The notes beneath the pieces are model-generated. The model worked only from the letters and a program-made list of their open reading frames with translations, was not told where the DNA came from and did no database searches. A stretch of 64,000 nucleotides of DNA from a virus. The position numbers and the translations under genes are program-made. The stretch's first letter is position 1. Each line of letters begins with the position of its first letter. The stretch covers positions 4,217 to 68,216 of the IMG/VR virus record IMGVR_UViG_3300033146_004475; one strand, 5' to 3'. Of the stretch, positions 29,083 through 38,348 are shown piece after piece.

Positions 29083-30162
29083 TTATCCTTTGTGTCCACA
29101 CACAGGGCATCCTTGTGTTTTCAATACTGTTTTGTATTTTGAGTTTAATTTATTAATTACCTCTTTTTGAGTTTTTATTTTATCATCAATGGTCTGAATT
29201 GAATCAATCTTGTTATTACAAGTTATAATAAACTTCTCAGTCTCTTTGATTTCATCTCTAAGCTTTATTAGCTCATTTAAAGCTGTTTTAGCTTTTTTTG
29301 AATACCCACTATTAGTTAACATCAAATCAAGCTGTATGAGATCATTAATAATGTTTTTGAGTTGATTTAACTTATTTTTCTTTTGTTTTATTTTGTTTTG
29401 TTCAGTATCTAAACTTTTTAGGTTCTCTTTTGCTTTTTTAATGCCTACAAAAGTATCTAATCTGGCTTGAATCAAAGTTGCACTTTGTATATGGTCTTTT
29501 AATTCAAGAAATATTGATACTTGGCTTTTAATTTTTGATTGAAATTCAGTTAATTTTTTGGCAAATTTTTCAGCTTTCAAAACCCATTTACTGTCTTTTA
29601 ATTCAGTTTCTTTTTCCTTTATGTCACGTTGAGCATTTTTTATTGTATTACTACAGAATCTTACTTGTTGATTAATATCAGCAATGGCTTTATCCATTAT
29701 CACCAAGCCAGCTACTTTATTAAACTCTTTTGCTACTTGTCCAGGTTTATCAGCTAAAAGAAAATACTGTTGTGTTGGATGTTGCCCTTGGATATTGACA
29801 GATTTTATTTTTGTAATATTTTGTACTTCTTCAGGTACATCTGTTCTTAACGCTTTTAATGGTTCATTAGTATTTATTTGATAATGGTTTATTTTACTAT
29901 TTCTTGCCCTGGTAACTATTTGATTATCATAATTAACTGATACTTGGGTTTTCTTTAATTTATCTTTTTTGTTTTTAGGATCTAATTGATTATTTCTATA
30001 ACTATCTCCTTGTGGTCTGTTTTTTGTATTCCATTCTAAAGCCCTAACAACACTTGACTTTCCAGAATCAGATTCACCTAAGAGTACATTAACTCCAGGG
30101 TGTAAATCAATTTTGGTACAAATGTGTGTTTCAAAATTTTTAATTTCAATTGAATTAATCAT
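29083..30162 (-). CDS. Rad50/SbcC/gp46-like ATPase, N-terminal half ending in zinc hook
   Basis: IEIKNFETH, Walker A GESDSGKS, coiled coil, terminal CPVCG. Confidence 0.88.
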   Translation of the reverse strand: MINSIEIKNFETHICTKIDLHPGVNVLLGESDSGKSSVVRALEWNTKNRPQGDSYRNNQLDPKNKKDKLKKTQVSVNYDNQIVTRARNSKINHYQINTNEPLKALRTDVPEEVQNITKIKSVNIQGQHPTQQYFLLADKPGQVAKEFNKVAGLVIMDKAIADINQQVRFCSNTIKNAQRDIKEKETELKDSKWVLKAEKFAKKLTEFQSKIKSQVSIFLELKDHIQSATLIQARLDTFVGIKKAKENLKSLDTEQNKIKQKKNKLNQLKNIINDLIQLDLMLTNSGYSKKAKTALNELIKLRDEIKETEKFIITCNNKIDSIQTIDDKIKTQKEVINKLNSKYKTVLKTQGCPVCGHKG

Positions 30163-30347
30163 TAGAAGTCAAATAGCCCTTTTGGTTTTTGTCTGCCTGG
30201 GTAAGAAGAAGGATCTCCAACTAAATCACCGAACTCATCCCAAAGACCTGATTCTATTTTATCTTCCAAAGAAGAATCCCTTAATTTTTCATACAAGTCC
30301 CATTCTATTTCTGCTCTTTCTAATGCTTGGTCTGCTGCATCTCCCAT
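30162..30347 (-). CDS. Hypothetical protein (MGDAAD family)
   Basis: AAGGAG RBS; common phage MGDxAD start. Confidence 0.55.
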   Translation of the reverse strand: MGDAADQALERAEIEWDLYEKLRDSSLEDKIESGLWDEFGDLVGDPSSYPGRQKPKGLFDF

Positions 30348-30358
30348 TTTATTTCTCC

Positions 30359-31039
30359 TTAATTTGTTATTTTTTCTCTTAATATCATGTAAAAAACATT
30401 TCTTGCTAAAGCCCCAAGATCAATGAAATCGGGTTCTAGTTTATTAAGAGCCATTATTTCAGGTATTTTTTCAAAATTATCATCAGATATAAGATTACTT
30501 AATTCCACGTATGTAAATTTCTGTGGTAAAATTATATTTTCAAAGGAGGGGCGGATGAAGTCTCCGAATGCTTTCAATACAGGAGCTAAATCAATCAACT
30601 CTTTATTTGGGTTTTGAGCCGTTACCCAATAAGCCATAGCCCCCAAAAAATAAGAAAAACTAAAATAAAAAGAAGCAAGTTGGTATTTATCTGATATGTC
30701 TTTATTTGTTAATTTAGGTGGTGTCGTGACTGTTGCTGTTTTGGCTTCTATTTTTTCGCCTTCACAATTTTTGCACTTTTTATGAAAACCAAAATCAGAA
30801 TCCGAATCCAGTACATATTTTGTTCCTTTACAGCAAGGGCAGCGATCTTTTTCTATATCTCCATCGTACACAAATCTAATTCTATTTGTTGCTAATTGTC
30901 CAAATAATTCAGCTACCGTCATTTTTTCTAATTTTGAAAAAGGCTGGAAACTACTTCCGATTCCGCCAGCATCATTTACTGCTTTAAAAAGAGAATCATA
31001 CATTGCAATGCCATTTTTAATTACGGTTTTGAAATCCAT
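30359..31039 (-). CDS. Hypothetical protein with zinc-finger insert
   Basis: CPCCKG...CKNCEG. Confidence 0.55.
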   Translation of the reverse strand: MDFKTVIKNGIAMYDSLFKAVNDAGGIGSSFQPFSKLEKMTVAELFGQLATNRIRFVYDGDIEKDRCPCCKGTKYVLDSDSDFGFHKKCKNCEGEKIEAKTATVTTPPKLTNKDISDKYQLASFYFSFSYFLGAMAYWVTAQNPNKELIDLAPVLKAFGDFIRPSFENIILPQKFTYVELSNLISDDNFEKIPEIMALNKLEPDFIDLGALARNVFYMILREKITN

Positions 31040-31238
31040 TATTTTTCTCCTGAATAAAAACTTTAACTACATTAGTGGGTTTTTTTGTGCCTACCCCAAT
31101 TCCCTCAAAATCAATCTTGACTCTTGTTTCGGTAAAACCAACAACCTTTCCTATTTTTAATTTGATTCCATGAACATTATCTGCCGATGCGACTCTTGTT
31201 CCTGTATAAATTTTGTTTCCTTCAATATCCAATACCAT
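31017..31238 (-). CDS. Small SH3/KOW-like hypothetical protein
   Basis: DIEGNKIYTGTRV...GKVVGFTETRVKI. Confidence 0.5.
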   Translation of the reverse strand: MVLDIEGNKIYTGTRVASADNVHGIKLKIGKVVGFTETRVKIDFEGIGVGTKKPTNVVKVFIQEKNNGFQNRN

Positions 31239-31256
31239 TTTAACTCTCCTTTTTAT

Positions 31257-31463
31257 TTACCATGAATCTTCTAAATTACAAATTTCACAAATATAATGAT
31301 CCTTGTGTGAATCATGTCCATTATTTTTCCAATCATGTTCACAAATGTCCTGCAATGATTCAATGGCTTTTTCTATTTTTTTTATTTTACTAAGCAAGAT
31401 AATTTTTTCATCTAACAAAGGGGGAATAATCCTTTTTATATCTTCATTTATTTCAGTTTGCAT
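31257..31463 (-). CDS. Small zinc-binding protein
   Basis: CEHDW...CEIC. Confidence 0.5.
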   Translation of the reverse strand: MQTEINEDIKRIIPPLLDEKIILLSKIKKIEKAIESLQDICEHDWKNNGHDSHKDHYICEICNLEDSW

Positions 31464-31950
31464 TTAAAACCCCCCAATGATGTATTTTTTGATCATTGAA
31501 TTTATGTAACATTATTCCATATTCTAATACTTCACTCAATAAGTTAAAGGAAGCTTCATCAGGATAATCATGTAAGTAAAAAATCCCACTTGGTTGAATA
31601 CTAATTAACTTTCTGGAACAAAGTATACAAGGTTGATGAGTGCAGTAGATTTCACATCCGTGTAAACTGACTCCATGTATTGCAGCTTGAATAATTAAAT
31701 TCTCTTCTGCATGGATTGCCCTGCAAACTTCATGCTGTGTTCCTGATTTAATTTTTAATTGCTCTCTTAAACAACCTCCCCTGTCAATACAATGATCTAT
31801 TCCAGTAGGTGCTCCATTATAGCCAGTGGCAATTATCCTTTTATCTTTTACTGCAATGGCCCCTATTTGCCTTCGTAAACAAGAACTTCTTTGGGAAACT
31901 ATTTCAGTTAATGTAAAAAAATAATCAGTCCAACTTAATCTTCTAAACAT
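31453..31950 (-). CDS. dCMP deaminase
   Basis: RSSCLRRQIGA, TGYNG, HAEEN, PCILC motifs. Confidence 0.92.
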   Translation of the reverse strand: MFRRLSWTDYFFTLTEIVSQRSSCLRRQIGAIAVKDKRIIATGYNGAPTGIDHCIDRGGCLREQLKIKSGTQHEVCRAIHAEENLIIQAAIHGVSLHGCEIYCTHQPCILCSRKLISIQPSGIFYLHDYPDEASFNLLSEVLEYGIMLHKFNDQKIHHWGVLNAN

Positions 31951-31959
31951 TTGTTCTCC

Positions 31960-32346
31960 TTATTTTTTAGGCATTATTACTTCAATAACCATATCAGGAG
32001 CATTTGAAATTAATTTTCCTGGAAGCATAAAAAAAGCTTTATACTCTAAATCTTTTGGATAATGTACTAATAATGTTGCTCCTTTGGGAATTTCAATTTT
32101 TCCTTTACCAACAAGATTTATTTTGTCGGGTAACATTCCAGGAAAAGCTTTTAATTGAATTAATTCGTCAATATCATCATTGTCTAATTCAGAAGGAATT
32201 AAATATTCAGCATAATCATCTCCTCTGCCAGCAGAAGTTAAAAACCAATCTATATCATCAATTTCATCTTCCGATACCCAAGAACCATCAGGCCAAACAA
32301 GTATTTTAGTTTTATCAGGAGTTTTCATTTTTAACCTCATTATCAA
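31960..32346 (-). CDS. Hypothetical protein
   Basis: ILVWPDGSW...GDDY. Confidence 0.5.
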   Translation of the reverse strand: MIMRLKMKTPDKTKILVWPDGSWVSEDEIDDIDWFLTSAGRGDDYAEYLIPSELDNDDIDELIQLKAFPGMLPDKINLVGKGKIEIPKGATLLVHYPKDLEYKAFFMLPGKLISNAPDMVIEVIMPKK

Positions 32347-32536
32347 AAACTTCTTGAATCAATCCTGATTGTTTTAAAGTTTTGAAAAGTAAATCAGCAT
32401 TTGTTTGATTTCGTAAACTGTTACGAAAATTCTCATTTTGGCTGGTAAGCACTTTTAATCTATATTCCAAAACTTCTATTTTATCAGTAAAATACTTAAG
32501 AGTTTCTTTATTTAATCCTTTGTTAAAAAGCATCAT
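32315..32536 (-). CDS. Hypothetical protein
   Basis: Coupled ORF. Confidence 0.45.
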   Translation of the reverse strand: MMLFNKGLNKETLKYFTDKIEVLEYRLKVLTSQNENFRNSLRNQTNADLLFKTLKQSGLIQEVFDNEVKNENS

Positions 32537-32712
32537 ATAAATCCTTTTGTTTTAGCTAACCATTTAGGTATTAAAAACTTTATCTCTTTTTTAACTTCTG
32601 GTTCATCAATGTAATCAGCTTCCGAATCAGGAACCCATCCCGTGAGTCCATCAACACAAATTAAACAGGCATTTTTGCCTACAACTTTAACTTCCCCAAC
32701 AAACTCTAACAT
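32533..32712 (-). CDS. Small hypothetical protein (59 aa, absent from ORF track)
   Basis: MLEFVGEV...WVPDS...IPKWLAKTKGFI*; WxPxS/IPxWLA phage family pattern. Confidence 0.6.
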   Translation of the reverse strand: MLEFVGEVKVVGKNACLICVDGLTGWVPDSEADYIDEPEVKKEIKFLIPKWLAKTKGFI

Positions 32713-33185
32713 TCTGTTCCCCTTTTATTCTTACTATAATTTTTATGGACAGCATTCCATTCATCATAAAATTTAGTGCCTGTCCAAAGATCAGAGTAGT
32801 TTAAATTTCCTACTCTTTCATAGTAATCTAAAATTTCTTTAAGATTATGTAGCAATTTTGATGAATATTTTGATGGGGTGTCTTCAATAAAAGAAAGACA
32901 AAAAGCAACTATTGAAGCTATATGGATATCCTCTTTGTTTTTTGTAATGTTTAGAATAAAATCAAATGTTTTAAGGTATTCTGTTAATTGTGGTTTATTT
33001 TGAAGGAAAAAATCAGGATTGCTTTTTAAAATAGAAGCTAATTCTGAATCAACCAGTAAAGAAACATTCATAAAAAGCCTTTTCAATCTTCCTGGTTTTA
33101 AAGGTTCTGCTAAGAAAGATTCCATACTTCTTAATATTCCTAATTCAGAAGCTTTAATTAACATTTTATGGTTTGAATAAATCAT
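32706..33185 (-). CDS. Hypothetical protein
   Basis: 159 aa ORF. Confidence 0.5.
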   Translation of the reverse strand: MIYSNHKMLIKASELGILRSMESFLAEPLKPGRLKRLFMNVSLLVDSELASILKSNPDFFLQNKPQLTEYLKTFDFILNITKNKEDIHIASIVAFCLSFIEDTPSKYSSKLLHNLKEILDYYERVGNLNYSDLWTGTKFYDEWNAVHKNYSKNKRGTEC

Positions 33186-33196
33186 TTTTAATTTCC

Positions 33197-33688
33197 TTAT
33201 AGATTTGATTTTGTTGTGTAAAGAGCATCGTGATCCCCATTTCCTATTTGATAATCTTTACAATTTTTACAAGGGAGAGCTTCATAAGAAATATATTTTT
33301 TAAAGCATTCATTTCTATTTTTACAATTCCACCTATTTGGATCAGCTAAATGTTTGTTTTTTGTTTTATCGGGTTCTTTTATAATGGCAAATTTTTCTTT
33401 ATACTCTTTAGAACAATATTTACAAAATTTACTTGCTGATACAGCATTTCCAATTTGTTCAGCACCGCATCCACATTTTTTATACCTTGCTACTAAATGA
33501 GATTGGTCACATTTAAAACAAGTCCTTTTGCTCATATTGTCTTTTTGGAAATATGTTATTTTTAATGGATCTTCATCAGAGGAAAAAATGTGGCCACATT
33601 CATAAATGGTATACAGTAATCCAGACTTTATTTCTATTTTACTTTTGTTTATTATTTTTTGTACTTCTTCTAATGATAAAAGTTTCAT
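33197..33688 (-). CDS. Cys-rich metal-binding protein
   Basis: Multiple CxxC/CxC motifs. Confidence 0.55.
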   Translation of the reverse strand: MKLLSLEEVQKIINKSKIEIKSGLLYTIYECGHIFSSDEDPLKITYFQKDNMSKRTCFKCDQSHLVARYKKCGCGAEQIGNAVSASKFCKYCSKEYKEKFAIIKEPDKTKNKHLADPNRWNCKNRNECFKKYISYEALPCKNCKDYQIGNGDHDALYTTKSNL

Positions 33689-33690
33689 AG

Positions 33691-34008
33691 TTATATCTCT
33701 TCAGAGGCGAGTTCAGTGCCTATATTTTTCACATTGCCAATTTTTATACTTACTTCTTTTACTTCATTTAAAACTGTCAAATATTGTTTTTGAAAAGTAG
33801 CACAAGTTTCGATTTCATCTTGTTTCAGAATATCAAATAATAATCTATGGATAAGATAATCAAATATTTGATCTAAAGTTGGAAAATATCTATATTCAGC
33901 AAAAACCTTAGACCCTTTATTTTTTCCTTTCTGAACTATGTTTTGAGTCATAACAATGAATTGCCTATTATCTGCCGTTAAATAAAAATCTTTACAGAGA
34001 TGTAACAT
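33691..34008 (-). CDS. Hypothetical protein
   Basis: FYLTADNRQFIV...RYFPTLDQ phage family pattern. Confidence 0.5.
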   Translation of the reverse strand: MLHLCKDFYLTADNRQFIVMTQNIVQKGKNKGSKVFAEYRYFPTLDQIFDYLIHRLLFDILKQDEIETCATFQKQYLTVLNEVKEVSIKIGNVKNIGTELASEEI

Positions 34009-34183
34009 TTTTTAATTCCTTTTTTAATAAAGGTCTACATTTTACTTTATGTATTCCTTTTCCTAAAGAACAAGTTATGATTTTTTTGCACCCATCAGAT
34101 TGGTGAGGAACACCATGGAAGCATTTGGTAAGACAGTGATTACTTTTTCTTTTATTGTTACAAATGTACAATTGTTGTTTCAT
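33992..34183 (-). CDS. Small Cys/His-rich protein
   Basis: C...C...CFH..PH...C...C...C. Confidence 0.5.
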   Translation of the reverse strand: MKQQLYICNNKRKSNHCLTKCFHGVPHQSDGCKKIITCSLGKGIHKVKCRPLLKKELKNVTSL

Positions 34184-34215
34184 TTATTTCTCTCTATTTA
34201 AGTTGTAGTACAATA

Positions 34216-34245
34216 ATAATACACTAAAAAATAATAAGAAGTCAA
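34216..34245 (-). promoter_or_regulatory. Putative sigma70-type promoter
   Basis: TTGACT-N18-TATTAT on minus strand upstream of 34183. Confidence 0.45.
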
Positions 34246-34276
34246 TGATTAATTGAAGATTTTAAAGATTTTTTAA

Positions 34277-34314
34277 TATTTCACGGCATCATATCAAAAT
34301 AATACCGTGAAATA
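34277..34314 (-). terminator. Hairpin after HU gene
   Basis: TATTTCACGG ... CCGTGAAATA inverted repeat. Confidence 0.55.
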
Positions 34315-34329
34315 ATTTTGATTTACTTT

Positions 34330-34602
34330 TTAGGAATTAACAAAATTTTTAAAATCTTTGGCTGGTTTAAACCTCACTTGAGTGGAAGCTGCAATTTTTA
34401 GTGCTTCTCCTGTTGTAGGGTTTCTCCCTATTCTGGCTTTTCTCTCTGAAGTAAAAAACCTACCAAAGTTAAAGAAAGTTACACTTTCCTTTACTGCAAG
34501 GGTGTCTTTTATCTCTTCCAGAAAAAGAGCAATCACTTCTTTTGTTTTTGCCTGAGAAATTCCTGCTCCATCTGCAACATTAGCAATAAGTTCCTTACTC
34601 AT
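34330..34602 (-). CDS. hup: HU-family DNA-binding protein
   Basis: MSKELIA...FGRF...RKARIGRNPTTGE...VRFKPAK. Confidence 0.93.
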   Translation of the reverse strand: MSKELIANVADGAGISQAKTKEVIALFLEEIKDTLAVKESVTFFNFGRFFTSERKARIGRNPTTGEALKIAASTQVRFKPAKDFKNFVNS

Positions 34603-34646
34603 AATTTACTTCTCCTTATAATTATGATACATTATTGTATCAGTTA

Positions 34647-35969
34647 CTACCTATTTTTAATTTCTTTGTATGTATCTGCTGTATCTCTGTCTGGTCTTAA
34701 TTCTAAATTTCTTGGAAGATAAAGAGAATATTTTCCGGGTTTGCTTTTGTCAGTAATAATACTTTCAAATTCAATAGTGGCAATTTTTCCAATGTGATTA
34801 TTCCAATTATCTTCATGTTCTTCATCAGTAAATCCACTTACAGATACATTGATTAATTTATCTTCAGATTCAAGTTGAACAGAACCCATCTTATGTTCCC
34901 ATTTTGTATCTTTTTTACCTTTTCTCCATGATACTATTCTAAGTTCAGCATCTTCTACATTCTTCATTTTAACGGAGTCTGGACTAGTATTATTTTTCCA
35001 AATACCAAAAGGATTTTTAATTATTGCCCCTTCCTTTTCTTCGTTTCTTAATTGTTTATAAAAAACTTGGGCTTCTTTTAAAGAATACAGAACTGTAGAA
35101 GGTAATACATCAATAAAACTGTGTCCTATTGCTTGAGTAAGTTTTTTTACCCTGGAAAATCTATATTTATATCTAATACCCGAGTAACCAGCATAAAAAT
35201 CTTTAAGTGGTACAGCATCCCATAATTTCATTATTACATGCTTTGCCATATCGTGATCCGCTGCATTTTGCAAACAAGAATTTAATATTCCGTTTCCTGT
35301 TTTTCTTGGGAGAATTTTACCTTTTACTAAAACAAGAAGTTCTCCCATATAAACTGTTTTTCTGTAATTTTTTGGTGCTTTCTTGAATAATTTAGTCAAA
35401 TGATTTAATTGATGGAATACTTTGCCGTTTCGTGATCTAAAAACAACATCTCCATTTTTCTGAATTATTACATTAACAAAAGCTCCATCAGCTTTTTCTT
35501 GCCCCATTGCACCATTTTCAAAATCTATGTTTCCTATTTTACTTTTTTCCGTGCTGCACCTCATGTAAGGCATAAGAAATACTAAACCTGGCATTGCCTT
35601 GTTTATTGTTTTTCCACTGAATCCAGCTTTGGCATCTTTATTAATTATCCTTGTCACAACTTCATAAGTTTCTTTATCAGTGGAAGCTAATTTTGTTAAG
35701 TGCAATTTATCAGAATTATTTGTTCCTGCTTGTTTTGCTAAAATTTCTAAAAATTCAAAAAGATCCATATTGCTGTGATTTTGACCAGGTATGAATTTAC
35801 TGAGTCGATTTACTTTGAAGTGCTTTGTGCTATCATACATTAAAGTAATCACACGCTTGAATACAGCATCTTTTTCGAGCATTTCAGATAAAAGAGATAT
35901 CTTATCATTAGTGCCTGGGGTATCACGTATCAGTTGCAAATAAGAGTGTATTTTTTTAAGCGACATCAA
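34647..35969 (-). CDS. ATP-dependent DNA ligase (T4 gp30-like)
   Basis: QEKADG active-site motif, GEL, EGAIIKN, VKMK, LYLPR. Confidence 0.9.
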   Translation of the reverse strand: MMSLKKIHSYLQLIRDTPGTNDKISLLSEMLEKDAVFKRVITLMYDSTKHFKVNRLSKFIPGQNHSNMDLFEFLEILAKQAGTNNSDKLHLTKLASTDKETYEVVTRIINKDAKAGFSGKTINKAMPGLVFLMPYMRCSTEKSKIGNIDFENGAMGQEKADGAFVNVIIQKNGDVVFRSRNGKVFHQLNHLTKLFKKAPKNYRKTVYMGELLVLVKGKILPRKTGNGILNSCLQNAADHDMAKHVIMKLWDAVPLKDFYAGYSGIRYKYRFSRVKKLTQAIGHSFIDVLPSTVLYSLKEAQVFYKQLRNEEKEGAIIKNPFGIWKNNTSPDSVKMKNVEDAELRIVSWRKGKKDTKWEHKMGSVQLESEDKLINVSVSGFTDEEHEDNWNNHIGKIATIEFESIITDKSKPGKYSLYLPRNLELRPDRDTADTYKEIKNR

Positions 35970-36306
35970 ATTCTCCTTTATAACTTTGTTTAATGTATTT
36001 TAATAAAAGTTTTTTCATGGCTTCTTCATCCAAATTATATCGAACATTCCTTTTATGTGTATATTTTTTAATAATAGGATCTAAAGTAACTCTGTAAGTT
36101 TCTCCTTTAATTTTCCAATAAAAATTGTAACTGTAAAATTTAACAGTTTGTGAATCAGAGTACAAACCAAACATACTGTATTGTACTTCAGTTTTTGTTA
36201 TTGTTGGGGCATCTAAAGAATAAGATACCCAAAAATCATCAACTCCAAAAAATTCACAATATTCATTTTTTATTCTTTGTGCATAGCTTTCAGTATTCCA
36301 AGTCAT
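35956..36306 (-). CDS. Hypothetical protein
   Basis: Coupled ORF. Confidence 0.5.
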   Translation of the reverse strand: MTWNTESYAQRIKNEYCEFFGVDDFWVSYSLDAPTITKTEVQYSMFGLYSDSQTVKFYSYNFYWKIKGETYRVTLDPIIKKYTHKRNVRYNLDEEAMKKLLLKYIKQSYKGEFDVA

Positions 36307-36310
36307 GATA

Positions 36311-36622
36311 TTATCCTATTCTTATGTACACTTTATCTCCTAATCTTTTGAAATGACAGGACTGAATTTTTAGGACTTTTAACAATTCCTTTATTCTATT
36401 CAGTATTTCTTTTTTGCCGTATTCATTATGATCAAAAATAGGTATCCATTCATGTGAATGTATGGCATGCTGAATAAAAGCTAATGCCAATAAAGTGGTT
36501 CTTCCTGATCTTATATTTCCTGGGTTAGTAAGCCATAAGATAGCTTCATAGTAGGAAACTTGCTGAAATGGCATATTTGAAATAAAGTCTTTTAACTTTT
36601 TATTTTCTGTTAAATTTTCCAT
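36311..36622 (-). CDS. Hypothetical protein with degenerate P-loop
   Basis: RSGRTTLLA. Confidence 0.45.
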   Translation of the reverse strand: MENLTENKKLKDFISNMPFQQVSYYEAILWLTNPGNIRSGRTTLLALAFIQHAIHSHEWIPIFDHNEYGKKEILNRIKELLKVLKIQSCHFKRLGDKVYIRIG

Positions 36623-36623
36623 T

Positions 36624-37196
36624 TTATTCCTCTCTTAATTTTGGAAACTGTAAACAATCAGCAGTTGATAACATATCCAAAAAATGAGTAAACATAACAA
36701 TTGGAGGGTAGTCAGCAAAATCAAAAGAGTGCATATTTGGAACACTTTTACTCCATCTTCCACTATGATATCTTACTCCATCAATAACAGTTTGTGCTTC
36801 TTCTTCTGAAAAATGAGACAAAAGGACTTTCTTGTTTTTTTCAAGAAGATCTGCCATTGATTTATCATGGAAATTGTTTGTATGGGGCATATTCCCTTTT
36901 GGACCGTACTTTTGAGCATCGTGAAGAATAATACTCATAAGTATAGCATCATTTTGGGTTGATTTTAATTTTCCCCCAAACATTCTAATTATTTTACACG
37001 CTCCATACAGCATCTCCAAACTATGGTGTGAGATAGAAGGAACTTCACCATTTGCTTTTTTATGATATTTTCCGGTTGATGAGGATGGTTTATCCCAAAT
37101 ATCAGGCAACCGTGAATTTATTTTTAAAAGTAAACCAAATCCTTTTTCAGTCATGTTCTTCTCTGCTAATTCAAACATAGCTTTAGTGTAATCCAT
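36624..37196 (-). CDS. HD-domain phosphohydrolase
   Basis: PSSSTGKYH...H...ILHDAQKYG...H...HSGRW...HFLD. Confidence 0.8.
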   Translation of the reverse strand: MDYTKAMFELAEKNMTEKGFGLLLKINSRLPDIWDKPSSSTGKYHKKANGEVPSISHHSLEMLYGACKIIRMFGGKLKSTQNDAILMSIILHDAQKYGPKGNMPHTNNFHDKSMADLLEKNKKVLLSHFSEEEAQTVIDGVRYHSGRWSKSVPNMHSFDFADYPPIVMFTHFLDMLSTADCLQFPKLREE

Positions 37197-37356
37197 TTTC
37201 TCTCCTCTTTTGAATATTTTCTTTTACATACTGATAGGCAGGACTATTTGAATCACATCCTGATCAATCTACACATTGTTCTCCCGCCAATCTTGCACAA
37301 ACAGCATTATCAAAATCAAGAATTTTTAATAATTTTTTATGAGTTAATTTTGGCAT
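37183..37356 (-). CDS. Small Cys-rich protein with in-frame TGA (selenoprotein candidate or nonsense allele)
   Basis: AAGGAG RBS; MPKLTHKKLLKILDFDNAVCARLAGEQCVD-TGA-SGCDSNSPAYQYVKENIQKRRENGLH*; final TAA overlaps next gene start. Confidence 0.45.
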
Positions 37357-37565
37357 TTAAATCTCCTTTTCAAAAAAAGAGCAAGTAGGAACTCTTTGTA
37401 TTGTTACAAAATCTGTTTTTATGCTTTCGTCCATTTCTAATTTTAAAACATAATCCTTCCACCACCAATTAAATGTTTGTGATACAACCATAATGGAGGA
37501 TTATTATCAGTAAAATATATTGGTGGTGTTTTAAAAAAATTGTGTGTCATACGGAAAGATTTCAT
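37357..37565 (-). pseudogene. Frameshifted small phage gene
   Basis: MKSFRMTHNFFKTPPIYF... continues in another frame as WWWKDYVLKLEMDESIKTDFVTIQRV; span 209 nt. Confidence 0.45.
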
Positions 37566-38131
37566 ACAACCAACCTAAGATTTGCTTTTAATTGTGAATT
37601 TTGCATAACTTCTATCTCTTGTCGCTTTATTAAATCTTTTCTTATTTGCTTCTGTTTTGGTTCTTGTTTGCTTAGTGCCATATTTAAAATATCTTCCATA
37701 CTTGCCTGTTTCAGAAAAATCTCATTACTTGGTTTTTCAATTTTTCTAAAATGAGCTAAATCATCCAATGATATATTTTGATAAATCCTTTTATTAATTG
37801 GTCGAGCATCAATAGGATTAAACAAATCATAATCTACAGGGGACTGGATTTGTAATGTGATATTATTGGCTAATTGACATCTTAATGTAGGCATGTGTAC
37901 AGGATAATTTTGTGATACAACATTTTGATAATAATCCCAATCCACATAATCAGAAATTCCTCTCATGTTTGATTCTTTATGTCTGAATGAGATTGCCATT
38001 TTTCTATATTCAACGGATTCTGCTGCTGAAATTTCCCAACCATATTCCTGTAATCTGTAGGTATTGCTTTCCCATCCATTCCAAAATAATTTTACAGGAT
38101 GGGAAAGCATACTATTATTCTTCCAGGTCAT
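37562..38131 (-). CDS. Conserved-looking phage hypothetical protein
   Basis: WNGWESNTYRLQEYGWEISA motif. Confidence 0.6.
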   Translation of the reverse strand: MTWKNNSMLSHPVKLFWNGWESNTYRLQEYGWEISAAESVEYRKMAISFRHKESNMRGISDYVDWDYYQNVVSQNYPVHMPTLRCQLANNITLQIQSPVDYDLFNPIDARPINKRIYQNISLDDLAHFRKIEKPSNEIFLKQASMEDILNMALSKQEPKQKQIRKDLIKRQEIEVMQNSQLKANLRLVV

Positions 38132-38321
38132 GACCTATTTCCAATTTAATTTCCAGTATTTCTCTGTCAATATTTTTGAGCAGTCTTGTTACTTTGGCCT
38201 TTTCTCTTAATATATTTTTTAGTTTTGCTTTGGCAGTTTTAACAATTTCTTCATAAATTTCTTTTTCTGCTTCTTTGATAACATTGTTAACAAGTTTGTT
38301 CGTGGGTGAAATTTTGTCCAT
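38115..38321 (-). CDS. Small coiled-coil protein
   Basis: AAGGAG RBS. Confidence 0.55.
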   Translation of the reverse strand: MDKISPTNKLVNNVIKEAEKEIYEEIVKTAKAKLKNILREKAKVTRLLKNIDREILEIKLEIGHDLEE

Positions 38322-38348
38322 TTTACTTCTCCTTTTAAGGGTTGTTGG

